Assembly (NCBI GenBank): GCA_965249575.1 | Contig: OZ252244.1 | Span: 96,001-160,000 of the forward strand | Length of the DNA: 64,000 bases | DNA from: Gemmatimonadales bacterium | Lineage (GTDB): Bacteria; Gemmatimonadota; Gemmatimonadetes; Gemmatimonadales; GWC2-71-9 | Direction: 5' to 3' | Shown here: piece after piece, positions 20,130 through 30,758 of the stretch | Layout of the letters: every line of letters begins with the position of its first letter | How positions within the stretch are numbered: the first letter of the stretch is position 1 | Notes under the pieces: model-generated | The model's database searches: none | Told to the model about the DNA's origin: nothing | The model's input: only the letters and a program-made list of their open reading frames with translations | Translations under genes and position numbers: made by a program

Positions 20130-20690
20130 TCAGTCCGGCCAGAGCCAGCCGAACGTTCCGGCCGTGAGCAAGCCGTATACTAGTCCGTCGAACGTCGACT
20201 TGAGCGTCGTACTCCACCTGCGCTTGTACCAGATCGAGTTCTGCGAGAGGGCGAGCGCGTAGCCCACGAACGCCACGCAGCCGGCAAACTGGAACACCGA
20301 CAAATACCGTGCACCGGGTTCCAGGGCACGACCAGTGATGTAAGCGGCGAAGACGCCAACCACGACTGAGTAGATAAACCACTGCACCAAGCTCTTTCCC
20401 ATCGCCGGCGGACCACTCGGCATCACCGTCATGAAGACTACCGGCCCCTTGTTCATTTTCTCGGTGAATTCCGGTGTCTTCATGTTGCTCGCACTCCCGG
20501 CGTGTGGAATGACGTACTCGCCAGGCGGGATGCTGAACTTGCGCAACGAATCCATCACCTCGTCTTCACCCGGCACCTTCCCGAAATCCGATTGATGGTA
20601 TGACAAAACCATGTGGATGATCGAGCTCACCACGAACACGATCACCGCCGACAGCAGAATTGGTACCCAAAGCGACATCACCGGAACCAT
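20130..20690 (-). CDS. Conserved membrane hypothetical protein
   Basis: LWVPILLSAVIVFVVSSIIHM, PPGEY, DGLVYGLLTAGTFGWLWP; GAGGAGG RBS. Confidence 0.85.
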   Translation of the reverse strand: MVPVMSLWVPILLSAVIVFVVSSIIHMVLSYHQSDFGKVPGEDEVMDSLRKFSIPPGEYVIPHAGSASNMKTPEFTEKMNKGPVVFMTVMPSGPPAMGKSLVQWFIYSVVVGVFAAYITGRALEPGARYLSVFQFAGCVAFVGYALALSQNSIWYKRRWSTTLKSTFDGLVYGLLTAGTFGWLWPD

Positions 20691-20718
20691 TGGGACCTCC
20701 TCGAGTCGAGACGCAGCA

Positions 20719-21312
20719 TCATGGTGCCTGGCCATTCAGCGTTGCGACGGTAAAGACCACGTGGAAGGGCTTACAGTAGATCACGACGCTCCGCTGCACG
20801 TCGATCTTTACGCTGGCCGGCAGGGGATAGTTCTGATCGCCAACGTTTCCCTTGAGACGCCCGATCTCGATGAACCCAGTAGCCTGCAGGTCGTCGCGGG
20901 ATGCGGGAGCTGCGTGACTGGATAGCAGTACACGCAGGTCGGGTCCGTTGGTTACCTGGAAATCCTCCAGGCGAAGCAGATGTCCGCCGCCGTCGAGGCG
21001 GTAGATCGTTGCCCGACCGCTGCCGAGGTGAAAGGAGTCCGCGTCGCGGAACTGGCCGCGCTTGACCGGCTGCGGCGCCGCAGCCGTCGGCATCGCTTCC
21101 TCTACCGGTTGCTGTACCTTTGCCATGGCCGACAGAACCTGCTCTACCTCAGGGAGCGTCAGATTCGAGGGCACGGTTGCGCCGGCGGCCCGCGGGAACT
21201 CCTCGTCGACCGCGCGATCGAGGAACAGGGGCAACCCAAGCCACCAGGCGAGGGCTACGACCGGCACCCCAACCACGATTAGGAGTAACCACCACAACTT
21301 TCTGGCGCTCAT
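20719..21312 (-). CDS. DM13 electron-transfer domain protein, membrane anchored
   Basis: N-terminal TM, NGPDLRV, LKGNVGDQNY, VVIYCKPFHVVF. Confidence 0.9.
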   Translation of the reverse strand: MSARKLWWLLLIVVGVPVVALAWWLGLPLFLDRAVDEEFPRAAGATVPSNLTLPEVEQVLSAMAKVQQPVEEAMPTAAAPQPVKRGQFRDADSFHLGSGRATIYRLDGGGHLLRLEDFQVTNGPDLRVLLSSHAAPASRDDLQATGFIEIGRLKGNVGDQNYPLPASVKIDVQRSVVIYCKPFHVVFTVATLNGQAP

Positions 21313-21656
21313 CAGCGACCTCGAGGAGGTAAGGCGCTATTGGCGGTCAAATATTATCCCTCGGGGTGAGGCATGCGCCAGGCGAGTGCCCGTGGGCCTG
21401 GTTTTGTCTCGCAACGATGCCCAGATTCCGAGCACGGGCCGATGACGATTTGCGCGAGCCACAGACCGGCCCACAGGTTCCGGAGCCCACTGAACGCGAA
21501 GGGGCTCTCACTCATCGACCCGTTGATGCACCGCGTATACCGGAGTGGAAAGAGCCCCTCCTTGCATCGCTACGCAACGCCCACATCGGTCGACGTGCTG
21601 TCCCCCTCGTTCTCTACGCAACCACGGGCCTTGCTCCCGATCATGTCCTGGTAGCG

Positions 21657-22275
21657 GTGTTTCGAGCCGCCCTTCCCGTCGTCCTCTTCAGCGTCCTGAC
21701 GTTGCAAGGCGCATCCCCGGTGCGCGCACAGCGTCCGGAGCGACCGGGCGAGGCCGTCGTAATCCACGGAACCGTCCGCGATTCCCTCACCCGTGGGCCC
21801 GTACCATTCGCCATCCTCAGAATCACCGAGACCGATTCCTCTACCATCGCGGATCAACAGGGTCGTTTTCGTCTCCAGCTCGAACCCGGCGTCTGGCAGC
21901 TCGAAGTGCGCCGGATCGGCTACCGCATGGCTTCTGCAACCCTCCGCGCTCGCACGTCTGCGACACCGCTGGATGTCTTCATGCACCCAATACCGGTGGA
22001 CCTCGAAGCCATCACCGTGAGGTCGAAGGACGATTTCGCCTCTCGCGTTGTTCGGGCAGCCATCGAGCGGAAGAACGACGTTTTGTCGAGGATTCAGAAC
22101 TATCGTTACGACGCATACGTCAAATTCATCGTCCGCGACATGGAAAAGGATGAAGATTCTACTGACGCCGTCGTCCTGATCACGGAAACGCAGACCACCG
22201 CGTACTGGGAGCAGCCGAACCGCTATCAGGAGGTCATCACGGCGCGCCGGCAGTCGAGCAACCTGAACGCCGAGC
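21657..22275 (+). pseudogene. N-terminal fragment of a CarboxypepD_reg + DUF5686-type outer-membrane protein
   Basis: Signal peptide, GTVRDS..GPVPFA, ADQQGRF, RRIGY, YRYDAYVK; ends abruptly after SSNLNAE. Confidence 0.75.
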
Positions 22276-22723
22276 GCGCGCGGACCCTTCGGGCACTGGA
22301 GACGATCGAGCGCTCGGCTACAATTGGATCTTTCTCGACTACTGGCTGCCAGACATCGCTGTCGTCACACATATGTCGGAGCAGGGCGTCGGAACCTCGT
22401 ACGCCGAGGTGGCCCTACTGGAATCCGCGCCAGGAGCGTGGGAAGGGACGTTGAGCATTCCAGGACTGAGCGTGACCGGGATGTGTCGCCTACAGGGATC
22501 CGAGCAGAAGCTGACCTACCCCCTGCCGATATACCAGACTATGTGGTCACGGGGCCGCGGTTCCAAGACATTTACAGTTGTCACGTTCCACGGCCACCAC
22601 GAGCAGGAGTGTGCAGGGGGCTGGACCATCGCCGGCCAGGGGGCACTGGCAGATGCGGTTTCCTATGGTCACCTAACACAGTTCGGCTTCAGCCTAGAGG
22701 GAGCCCTGTACGACCGGCGCTAG
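22276..22723 (+). pseudogene. Probable C-terminal fragment of an unidentified gene
   Basis: Frame of ORF 22373..22723 stays open upstream (LGYNWIFLDYWLPDIAVVTH) to the junction, with no start or RBS. Confidence 0.45.
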
Positions 22724-22914
22724 GAACGGGGGGTGTTCGTCCTCGCGGGGGTCCGCAACGAGTCCCCACTCCCCCCTGTTGCAGCCCTCTGAGCCGATCA
22801 CCCTGCTCATCGCCATTGCAGCTGCGGGGTACGCTCTGGGCATGGAGGAGTGACGTGGAGCCTGGGTGGGCGTGCGGCAGGTAGAAGCACTACCAGATTC
22901 AGGCAGCGCGGCCA

Positions 22915-23919
22915 CTAGCCGCGGCTCCTCGGCACCAGTGGGCTGAACTCGATCCCTCTTACGCCATGCGGACGGTCCGGTCCCTCAAGAATCGCACACT
23001 CCTCGTCCGTCAGCTTCAATTCGACCGAATTGATGGCGGCATCAAGATGCTCGATTTTCGTCGCTCCGACAATCGGCGCCACGAGTCCCGGGCGGGAAAG
23101 CAGCCATGCCAGCGCGACCTGGGCCGGTGACACCCCCCGAGACTGGGCGACCTCGCTGGTCACCGCCACCACATCCGCATCGCCCGGCGTATCGTAGAGC
23201 TGTGCGGTAAAGTTGTCGCCGGCGCTCCGGGGCGTTCGGGGCGCATCCACACGGCCGCGTGCCAGCAATCCACGTGCAAGCGGAGACCAGGGGATGATGC
23301 CGACACCTTCTGCCTGGCATAGAGGGATCATCTCTCGCTCCTCCTCGCGATACACGAGGTTGTAGTGATTCTGCATCGATGCGAAACGGGCCCAGCCATT
23401 GCGGTCTGACGCTCCGAGCGCTTGGGCCAGTTGCCAGGCGTATCCCGAGCTCGCTCCGATGTAGCGGATCTTGCCTTGTTGCACCAAGTGGTCCAATGCG
23501 GACAGCGTTTCCTCGATCGGTGTGCGCTTGTCAAATCGATGGATCTGGTACAGGTCGATGGTATCGACCCCCAGGCGCCGGAGACTAGCCTCACATGCCT
23601 GCACGACGTGCTTGCGCGACAGCCCACCCATGTTCGGGCCAGCCGTCATTGGGAAATGGGCTTTCGTCGCGATGGCGATCTCCTCGAGGTTGGCAAACTC
23701 TCGCAACGCCCGACCGGTCACCTCTTCGCTCGCGCCGAGGGAATACATGTCCGCAGTGTCGAAGAAGTTAATGCCCCCTTCGATGGCCTTTCGGAAGAAC
23801 GGACGGGCATCGTCCTCATCCAGAACCCAGGGCCTCCACTTGGAACTGCCATACGTCATACAGCCAAGGCAGATCCGTGATACTGAGAGTCCGGTCCGGC
23901 CGAGGGTCGTGTATTCCAT
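22915..23919 (-). CDS. Aldo/keto reductase (YajO-like)
   Basis: SRICLGCMTYG, FFDTADMYS, IDLYQIHRFD, IPWSPLARG. Confidence 0.93.
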   Translation of the reverse strand: MEYTTLGRTGLSVSRICLGCMTYGSSKWRPWVLDEDDARPFFRKAIEGGINFFDTADMYSLGASEEVTGRALREFANLEEIAIATKAHFPMTAGPNMGGLSRKHVVQACEASLRRLGVDTIDLYQIHRFDKRTPIEETLSALDHLVQQGKIRYIGASSGYAWQLAQALGASDRNGWARFASMQNHYNLVYREEEREMIPLCQAEGVGIIPWSPLARGLLARGRVDAPRTPRSAGDNFTAQLYDTPGDADVVAVTSEVAQSRGVSPAQVALAWLLSRPGLVAPIVGATKIEHLDAAINSVELKLTDEECAILEGPDRPHGVRGIEFSPLVPRSRG

Positions 23920-24187
23920 GATTCGCTCCGTGGATCGATCCGGTGGGATGCGGTTCGGACGCATCGAGGTCCCTATTTGAAATCCGATCCTCAAATGGTC
24001 CGGCGTGAATATAGTTTCCTCGGACGCCGTTGGCAGGCAAAGGCGGGCGTTAGCATATTTCGCGGGTGACGGCTCCACTCGCGATCGCTCCCATCCGTAA
24101 CTCCGTGTACGGGGACCCATTGTTCGCGGCGGCTAGTGAAGTAGGCGACCCCGGGGCGCCGGCCCGGCCTCCACGGGAGAGCAACCC

Positions 24188-24805
24188 GTGAACCGGGACC
24201 TGGCCGATCGACTGCTCGCACTGAAAGCACGCGACGCCGAAGTACGGAAGGATCTCCTTGACCGGGGTCTCCTCTTCGAGGGCTACGCTCCCGAGATGGA
24301 AGAAGTCCACGTGCAGAACGCCGGGATCCTCGAGGACGTGATCGACCAACATGGATGGCCTGGCATTGGTTTTGTCGGCTCAGACGCTGCCGACGCCGCC
24401 TGGCTGGTCGCCCAACACGCGATTTCACTCCCCCGATTTCAGCGTCGTTGCCTTCGGCTGCTTCGCGATGCGGTCACCCGTGGGGACGCACCGGCGCGCC
24501 AGGAGGCGTTCTTGACGGACCGCATTCGCTTCAACGAGCGCAGACACCAAGTTTACAGCACGATTTTCGACTGGGACGAGGACGGAGTTCTGAGCCCCTG
24601 GACGATCGAAGCACCAGACGGCGTTGACGAACGCAGAACACGGGTGAATCTCCCCCCGTTGGTCGATACGATCCGCGAGCACCGTCAGCGGGCGGCGGGC
24701 GAGACACCGCTAACACCCCAGGGTTACGACGCGCGCCAGCGCGAGATTTTAGCTTGGTGCGAACGAGTTGGTTGGTTGGAGGAGCGAGAGGAGGACTCAG
24801 AGTGA
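24188..24805 (+). CDS. DUF6624-like protein
   Basis: HGWPGIGFVG, AAWLVAQHA, AFLTDR, VDERR. Confidence 0.8.
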   Translation: MNRDLADRLLALKARDAEVRKDLLDRGLLFEGYAPEMEEVHVQNAGILEDVIDQHGWPGIGFVGSDAADAAWLVAQHAISLPRFQRRCLRLLRDAVTRGDAPARQEAFLTDRIRFNERRHQVYSTIFDWDEDGVLSPWTIEAPDGVDERRTRVNLPPLVDTIREHRQRAAGETPLTPQGYDARQREILAWCERVGWLEEREEDSE

Positions 24806-24958
24806 TACGACTCGGACCTGACTTCGGTCGGAGGCGAGAAGTGAGCCACTGGTCATAGGAGGCGACGCCCATCGTCAATTGCGGCGTGCGTCGACGGCCT
24901 CGTCAGTTGTCGGTTTGGTACGAGGCATGCTTCCACAATCTTCGGGAGGGGCACCGCA

Positions 24959-25321
24959 ATGGCCAAGCTGATAGAAATCCGTGTCCTCGAAGGCATTGCG
25001 GTATCAATGTTCGCCTTCGCATACGCCATTGGCGTGCGCCGGAAGGTGCATCTCATCGCCGGGTACAACGAGAAGTCCGCGGAACACGTACGTGACAAGC
25101 CGGCCCTCGCGCGCCTGGTCGCGAGGCTCTGCGTGCTCGTCGGTGCCGCGTCGGCTATCATGCCCGTGGCCACCTACATTTGGCCGAGTCCGCAGCCCGC
25201 GTTCGACGGCGTGACCGGGGCCTACGTCGGTTTGATCGTCGGGGCGGCCATCATGACCATACTCGAGGCTCGCGAGTTCACATCCCGAGATCGCCAGCCC
25301 CCGGGGACGGCTGCCACCTAG
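24959..25321 (+). CDS. Small membrane protein (DUF3784-like)
   Basis: 3 TM with LIAGYN motif; GGAGG upstream. Confidence 0.7.
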   Translation: MAKLIEIRVLEGIAVSMFAFAYAIGVRRKVHLIAGYNEKSAEHVRDKPALARLVARLCVLVGAASAIMPVATYIWPSPQPAFDGVTGAYVGLIVGAAIMTILEAREFTSRDRQPPGTAAT

Positions 25322-25357
25322 CGTGCTGATCGGCAAGCGGATTCGCGAGGCCGCGCC

Positions 25358-26461
25358 GTGACATCGCTACAGACAATGGCACTCGTCCAGGGCGCTGCGC
25401 GAGACGTATCTGTGGTTCAGGCCTTGCTGCTCGGCCTCAGCGTTCTCATCACGTTCGTCGCGAGTGTCTTCACGGCTGGATACGTCGCGCAGAGAATCGC
25501 GGTCGAGGACGCGACGTACGCCCGAGCGCTGTGGGCCACCGTCTTCAAAAACTTGGGTTTCCTCGTCGTGGGTGGGGTCTTCACCCAGTACGTACCGATC
25601 CCCTTCCCCACCACCGCGCTCCTGGTCGCGGGTGTGATTCCGGTGCTGATCATCCGACAGGTCTTCTTGTCAACGTTCGGTCAGGCGACCCGAATATGGA
25701 TCGCGTCGCTCGGCGTCGAGATCGGCGTGGCACTCATCCTCACGCTTGTCTCTCTGTCGTTGGGGGACTGGCTCGAGACCCGGTATCTGACCAGTCTGGC
25801 CCACGCAGCTTCCCCCGCCCAGGAGACCGCGGGCCGACTGGGGGACCCAACTTCGGCACAGGCAGCACGGTCGAGCTTGTGGTGGCTCTGGGTGCCCAGT
25901 GTGATCGCACTCCTCACAGCTTACTTCTGGTGGCGCGGGGGGCAGCCAGTCTTCCATCGACACGTCACGTCCAACGGCTTGCGCCGGTTCCTCGAAGACT
26001 TCGTGGCCCAACTGGGCCTCGGTAGCGTGCTCGTGATCGAACACGAGCAAGGACCGGCAACCTTCCAATTCACCGTTAGCGACCGCACGGATCGACTGCG
26101 CGGACTGATGTTCACCTTCCCGGAGCGGGGTTGGTCACAGTCCTACTTCGACGAGGTCGGGGAGATCGCGAAACGGATCGGTGCCGACATCCGTATCGTA
26201 CCGAGTGACGGGCAGGAAGTCGGGCGATACCTCCAGGCAACGATTCTCGGCGAGCCAACGACCCTCGTCGGAGACGCTCATACGCTCTTGTCGCGGGTGA
26301 GTGAGCTCATCGCTCTCGGCCCAGACGCACACTACACCGTGCACGCACGAGGAAGTTTCAACCGTGAGTACAGTCGGGAAATTGCGGAGCAACTCGTACC
26401 ACTCGCTGGGGAGCGACGAAGAGCACGGCTGATCCGCCGAGCTACGCGCCAGGACGTCTAA
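25358..26461 (+). CDS. Hypothetical protein: 4-TM module, linker, TM, soluble domain
   Basis: 367-aa ORF with protein-like composition; no family recognised. Confidence 0.6.
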   Translation: MTSLQTMALVQGAARDVSVVQALLLGLSVLITFVASVFTAGYVAQRIAVEDATYARALWATVFKNLGFLVVGGVFTQYVPIPFPTTALLVAGVIPVLIIRQVFLSTFGQATRIWIASLGVEIGVALILTLVSLSLGDWLETRYLTSLAHAASPAQETAGRLGDPTSAQAARSSLWWLWVPSVIALLTAYFWWRGGQPVFHRHVTSNGLRRFLEDFVAQLGLGSVLVIEHEQGPATFQFTVSDRTDRLRGLMFTFPERGWSQSYFDEVGEIAKRIGADIRIVPSDGQEVGRYLQATILGEPTTLVGDAHTLLSRVSELIALGPDAHYTVHARGSFNREYSREIAEQLVPLAGERRRARLIRRATRQDV

Positions 26462-26478
26462 TCACGCGCCGACATCGC

Positions 26479-27532
26479 TCATCGGTGGCGCCGCTCATGT
26501 TCCAAAAGGAATTGCTTCCGCCACAGCCCACCACCGTAACCCCTGAGCTTCCCGTCGCTGCCGATGACTCGGTGGCATGGGACCAGAATGGCCAGACGGT
26601 TGTCTCCATTCGCCCGGGCGACAGCCCGACGAGCGCTTGGACGCTCAATGTCATTCGCCAACGAGTCGTACGTAGCAGTACTTCCATACGGGAGATCTCG
26701 GAGCCTCGTCCAGACCCCGGTCTGGAAAGAGCTACCTCGCAGCACCAGGGGCTTGGTGAAGACCTTGAGTTCCCCCGCGAAATACCGCTCGAGCTCTACG
26801 GCCAGTTGCCGAGTGTGTGCGTTGGACCCCGGAGCGATCCCGCAGTCGAGCAGCCGTCGGAGGCGAGACACCTGGGTCTCGAGCATCGGGCGGTCGGCGA
26901 ATTCGAGCAGGCATACTCCATCTTCCGTGGCCCCGGCAACCATGGGACCGAGCGGCGTGAGGATTCGGGTCACGGACACCAGGGTCGCGCCGCGGGTCCG
27001 TCCCGGCGTCCCCCCAAAAAATCGCTCAAACGCCTCTCGGAATCCGCTGAGCGATTCGTAGCCGTGATCGTAGGCCGCCGCAGTGAGATCGCCGCCCTCC
27101 TTGATCTTGCCCAACGCGAGACCCAGGCGCCGTGCGCGTTGGTACGCAAGAAACGTCATTCCATGATTCGCCAAGAACCACCGTCGAACCCGATTGGGGG
27201 CTAAACCGAGCGAACGAAGATCGGCCTCCCTCCACCTGCGTAACGGATCCCTCCCCACCTGCTCGATGAGCGGCTCGAGCCAGGACGGTGCGGTGCCGTT
27301 TGGCTCCATCGGCCGACAGCGCTTACAGGGCCGATACCCCGCTAGGAGGGCGTTCCTGACCGTCGGATAGAACTCGACATTTTGACGCCTTGGCTTCTTC
27401 GCCGGACAGGTTGGCCGGCAGAAGATCCCGGTCGTTCGGACCGCCGTGAAGAACACGCCGTCGTACGCGGCGTCCCGATCGCGGCACGCGCTGATACATC
27501 TCGGCCTGCGGCGGAAGCGTAGTTGTTGCCAT
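26479..27532 (-). pseudogene. ada: Bifunctional Ada regulator / O6-methylguanine methyltransferase, 1-nt frameshift at ~27491
   Basis: MATTTLPPQAEMYQ in a separate frame; RTTGIFCRPTC, RPCKRC, AraC-type HTH, active-site PCHRV. Confidence 0.88.
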
Positions 27533-27685
27533 GAGGCCAAATCTACGGCAATCCTGCGGTCGCTCTACCGATTCTCCACCACCGAATTCGCGTCGCGCCT
27601 CGGATCTCCGGAGACCGCCAGCTCCCGCACGTCTCCTACCGGTACATCCCCCTATCAGCACGCCCGTCATTTCAGCAAGTTTGTG

Positions 27686-27859
27686 GTGATGATAACTGCG
27701 CGTGTGAGTACTCGAGTCCGAAACACCCTTGCACTGCTGGGCCTCTCGACGGCCCTCACCCTGGCTGCCTGCCGACAGACCCCCGGTGAGCCCACGAGCG
27801 TTCGGGTGGCCAATGGCGGCCAGGTCGACTTCGAGAGTGTGACGGTGGAGTTCCCGTGA
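27686..27859 (+). pseudogene. N-terminal fragment of a lipoprotein
   Basis: RNTLALLGLSTALTLAAC lipobox, then ~28 aa ending at the MscS breakpoint. Confidence 0.55.
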
Positions 27860-28685
27860 TTAGCTCCATTTTTGCGAGGTCATCATATCGTATGCCGATG
27901 GTCTCGTAGATCCTACGATTGAGCATCTGCTGGGGGTTCTCGATCGCGATGCTCGTAAATACCGCATTCGGCACGTACAGCGGTCGCTTATCGAACGTGC
28001 GAATCTGCGTGAGGCGCCACCCGATTTTCTCGACGGTCCCTTCGATGTTTCGATCCGGCGATCGCACCCAGTCGCCCACTTTGAACGGCCGATCCAGATA
28101 GATCGTCAGACCGCCAAAGAAGTTGGCGAGCAGGTCCCGGGCTGCGAACCCAATCGCGATTCCCCCGATCCCCCCGAACGCCAAGATCGCCGAGATCTCG
28201 AGGCCGAGGGACTGCAGCGCGATGAGCAATGCAGTGATGACCGCCGCCGCTCGGACGAGCTTTCCAAGCGCGTCGACGGTGCCCGCGTCCCATCGATTCT
28301 CCCCACCGGACTCCACGAGCACTCGCTCCGCCTGCGACGTGAGCCGCAGGGCGAACCACGTGATGTCAGCGATGACGGCCACGGTCACGGCGGGCGCTAT
28401 GCCCGTAAAGATGCCAGCTCCAGACTGGGCGGCGATGACTGATGCCGCATAGGCGATCCCAACAATCCAAATGAGGAGACTGATCGGGACCGCCGCCGCC
28501 GCCAGGATCGCATCATCCCAGCGATTCTCCGTCTTGCTCACCCACCGGTCGTGAAGTCGACCCAGTAGCCGCTTCTGCATGAAATCGATCACCAAGGTCA
28601 CAAGCACGATGACGAACACTTGGATCATCAAGCCCCAGTCGATTCCCTGAAGTAGCTGGCTCAGCCTATCGGTCAATGCATCCAT
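27857..28685 (-). pseudogene. MscS (YnaI-like) mechanosensitive channel, C-terminally truncated
   Basis: GGIGGIAIGFAARD, DRPFKVGDW, GTVEKIGWRLT, VPNAVF; homology stops after IGIRYDDLAKM. Confidence 0.88.
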
Positions 28686-28879
28686 GCGAACCACAACCTC
28701 CGTTTCCGATCTTATGGCAGTCGTCCAAACGGGATGCGCCGCCCCCGCACAACGTCACCCGGCGATCCGTCGGCGCGCCTACCGCATCAGGTGACCGGCG
28801 GTAAGTTTCGTCACGGGGGCTTGGGAGGGCAATCCGATGGGATGCCCCCGCGGGAAGCGCTGACGGTCGACTTGGGGGA

Positions 28880-29296
28880 CTGGCAACGAAGGTCGACACC
28901 ACATACACCCGAATCTACGCCGTGGTGTCTCGGATTCCTCGGGGCCGAGTCGCCACCTACGGTCAGGTGGCCGCCCGCGCGGGGATGCCGGGTCATGCCC
29001 GTCAGGTGGGCTACGCGCTTCATGCGCTCCCCGACGGGAGCACACTCCCGTGGCACCGGGTCATCAACGCTCAAGGTGAGGTTTCCGCCCGAGCGCGGGC
29101 TGGATGCGACGAGTTACAGCGCATCCGCCTGGAATCGGAGGGGATCGAGTTCGATCGGAGCGGGCGCTTGAGGCTGGATCGATTCCGATGGCGGCCCCGT
29201 GACCGAGACCCTGCCACGCGAGGGGCGAAATCGGAACCGACTCCGACGGTCACCAGTGTCACTTTTGGGCGCGCTCGGGCAAAAGGAAACAGGTAA
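28880..29296 (+). CDS. atl: Alkyltransferase-like protein (ATL / YbaZ)
   Basis: [26 protein letters not shown] (Trp in place of the catalytic Cys); start uncertain. Confidence 0.85.
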   Translation: MATKVDTTYTRIYAVVSRIPRGRVATYGQVAARAGMPGHARQVGYALHALPDGSTLPWHRVINAQGEVSARARAGCDELQRIRLESEGIEFDRSGRLRLDRFRWRPRDRDPATRGAKSEPTPTVTSVTFGRARAKGNR

Positions 29297-29300
29297 GGAC

Positions 29301-29780
29301 ATGGAAAAGGCTACGTTTGGAGCCGGGTGTTTCTGGGGCGTCGAGGCAACTTTTCGCCGGGTGAAGGGGGTCCTCGCAACGGCGGTCGGATACACGGGAG
29401 GGACGCTCGAAAACCCGACGTACGAGGATGTGTGCACCGGCCGAACCGGACATGCGGAGGTCATCGAGATCGAATACGATCCCACAACGGTCCGGTACGA
29501 GGATCTACTGAGCATCTTTTGGGAAAGTCACGCCCCGACAACGCTCAATCGTCAGGGGCCCGACGTTGGAGCTCAGTACCGCTCGGCGGTGTTCTTCCAC
29601 ACTGCGGAGCAGGAGGCCGCAGCACACGCGGTCAAGGACCGGCTCGCTCAGACTGCGCGGTACTCCGGACCGATTGTGACGGAAATCGTCCCGGCCACGT
29701 CGTTCTACCGGGCTGAGGAGTACCATCAGCGCTACTTGGAAAAGCGGGGTCTTGCTCGCTGCACGATTCCCGGAGGCTAA
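29301..29780 (+). CDS. msrA: Peptide-methionine (S)-S-oxide reductase
   Basis: [32 protein letters not shown]. Confidence 0.96.
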   Translation: MEKATFGAGCFWGVEATFRRVKGVLATAVGYTGGTLENPTYEDVCTGRTGHAEVIEIEYDPTTVRYEDLLSIFWESHAPTTLNRQGPDVGAQYRSAVFFHTAEQEAAAHAVKDRLAQTARYSGPIVTEIVPATSFYRAEEYHQRYLEKRGLARCTIPGG

Positions 29781-30063
29781 GAGGGACCCCTGGCCAGCCC
29801 GGATTCCGCTCCGGTGCGCTCCGTCCGCGTCGACGGAGCCCAGCGCTCGACCACATGCCGCATGATCCAAACCCATGCGAGCGATCCCACCACGGCCCCG
29901 CACAGCGCGCCCGCTGCTAGCAGCACGACCCCGTTGATCGGGGATTCCCAGGTCGATCCGACCTTCGCGCCAACCCACCCCCCCAAAAACGAAACTGCCC
30001 ACGCCACGGCGGGCGTGAGCAGCCAGGCGGCTCTTCGGAGCAGCCGGCCCAGAGCTGCCAAGG

Positions 30064-30687
30064 TCACTGCAGCCGAAATACCGCCGCCACGAGAACCTGG
30101 AGGACCAAGGCGACCGCGAACGCCAGCCCCATGAATGACGCGTGAAATGGTGCAGCGAAGACGACCTGGAGGAGAACGAATAGGACGACGGCGATGCCGA
30201 TCGTTAGCCCGCCAACGCGCGGGAGCCCAGCCGGAGACGAAGCGGCCCTTCGCGCCAGCAGGAGCGAACCCAGCCATGCCAGCAGGGTCGACGCCATCCA
30301 CCAGACCGGGATGTACCAGAACCCACTGCCACCGCCTATCTGGTCCCATGTCCAGTGATACAACGAGAGAGGCCGCAGGACCGCGGTGTCGATGACAGTG
30401 AACGTTAGCGCACCGAGAAGACCAGACAACGCAGCCCACGCGATCCCGTCGGCGGTCTGGGCGCGGACCCATTGCCCCGGCAGGTAACTGACAAGCACTC
30501 CGCCCGCGAGAATCAGGAGTGACTGCACTACCACTTCGGCGGTCCCCGTCATCACCCGGGAGAGAAGCGCAAAGACAACTACCCCAGCCGTGGTAATCAG
30601 ACCCAGCTTGACCCCACCTCCGACAATGGTGCGCCGGTCGTTTCTCTCGGCAAGCGCGGGCTGAGCGGTTGACGTCATGGGAACCAT
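30064..30687 (-). CDS. Multi-pass membrane hypothetical protein
   Basis: 6-7 TM, YHWTWDQIGGGSGFWYIPVWWM; GAGGAG RBS. Confidence 0.8.
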   Translation of the reverse strand: MVPMTSTAQPALAERNDRRTIVGGGVKLGLITTAGVVVFALLSRVMTGTAEVVVQSLLILAGGVLVSYLPGQWVRAQTADGIAWAALSGLLGALTFTVIDTAVLRPLSLYHWTWDQIGGGSGFWYIPVWWMASTLLAWLGSLLLARRAASSPAGLPRVGGLTIGIAVVLFVLLQVVFAAPFHASFMGLAFAVALVLQVLVAAVFRLQ

Positions 30688-30758
30688 CTCCTCACAGGAA
30701 CTGTGTGGACCGCCGACAAGTTAGCTCGGGCCGTGATGCCGGTAAAGGGACTTTGTTG

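Noticed and set aside
8097..27860. Shared recombination motif or IS scar at junctions ~8130, ~10270, ~12195, ~22275, ~27857
   Set aside because: Compared by eye, with no common sequence, inverted repeat or target duplication.
28880..29296. Inactive methyltransferase as a novel mutant
   Set aside because: PWHRV is the established ATL/YbaZ family signature.
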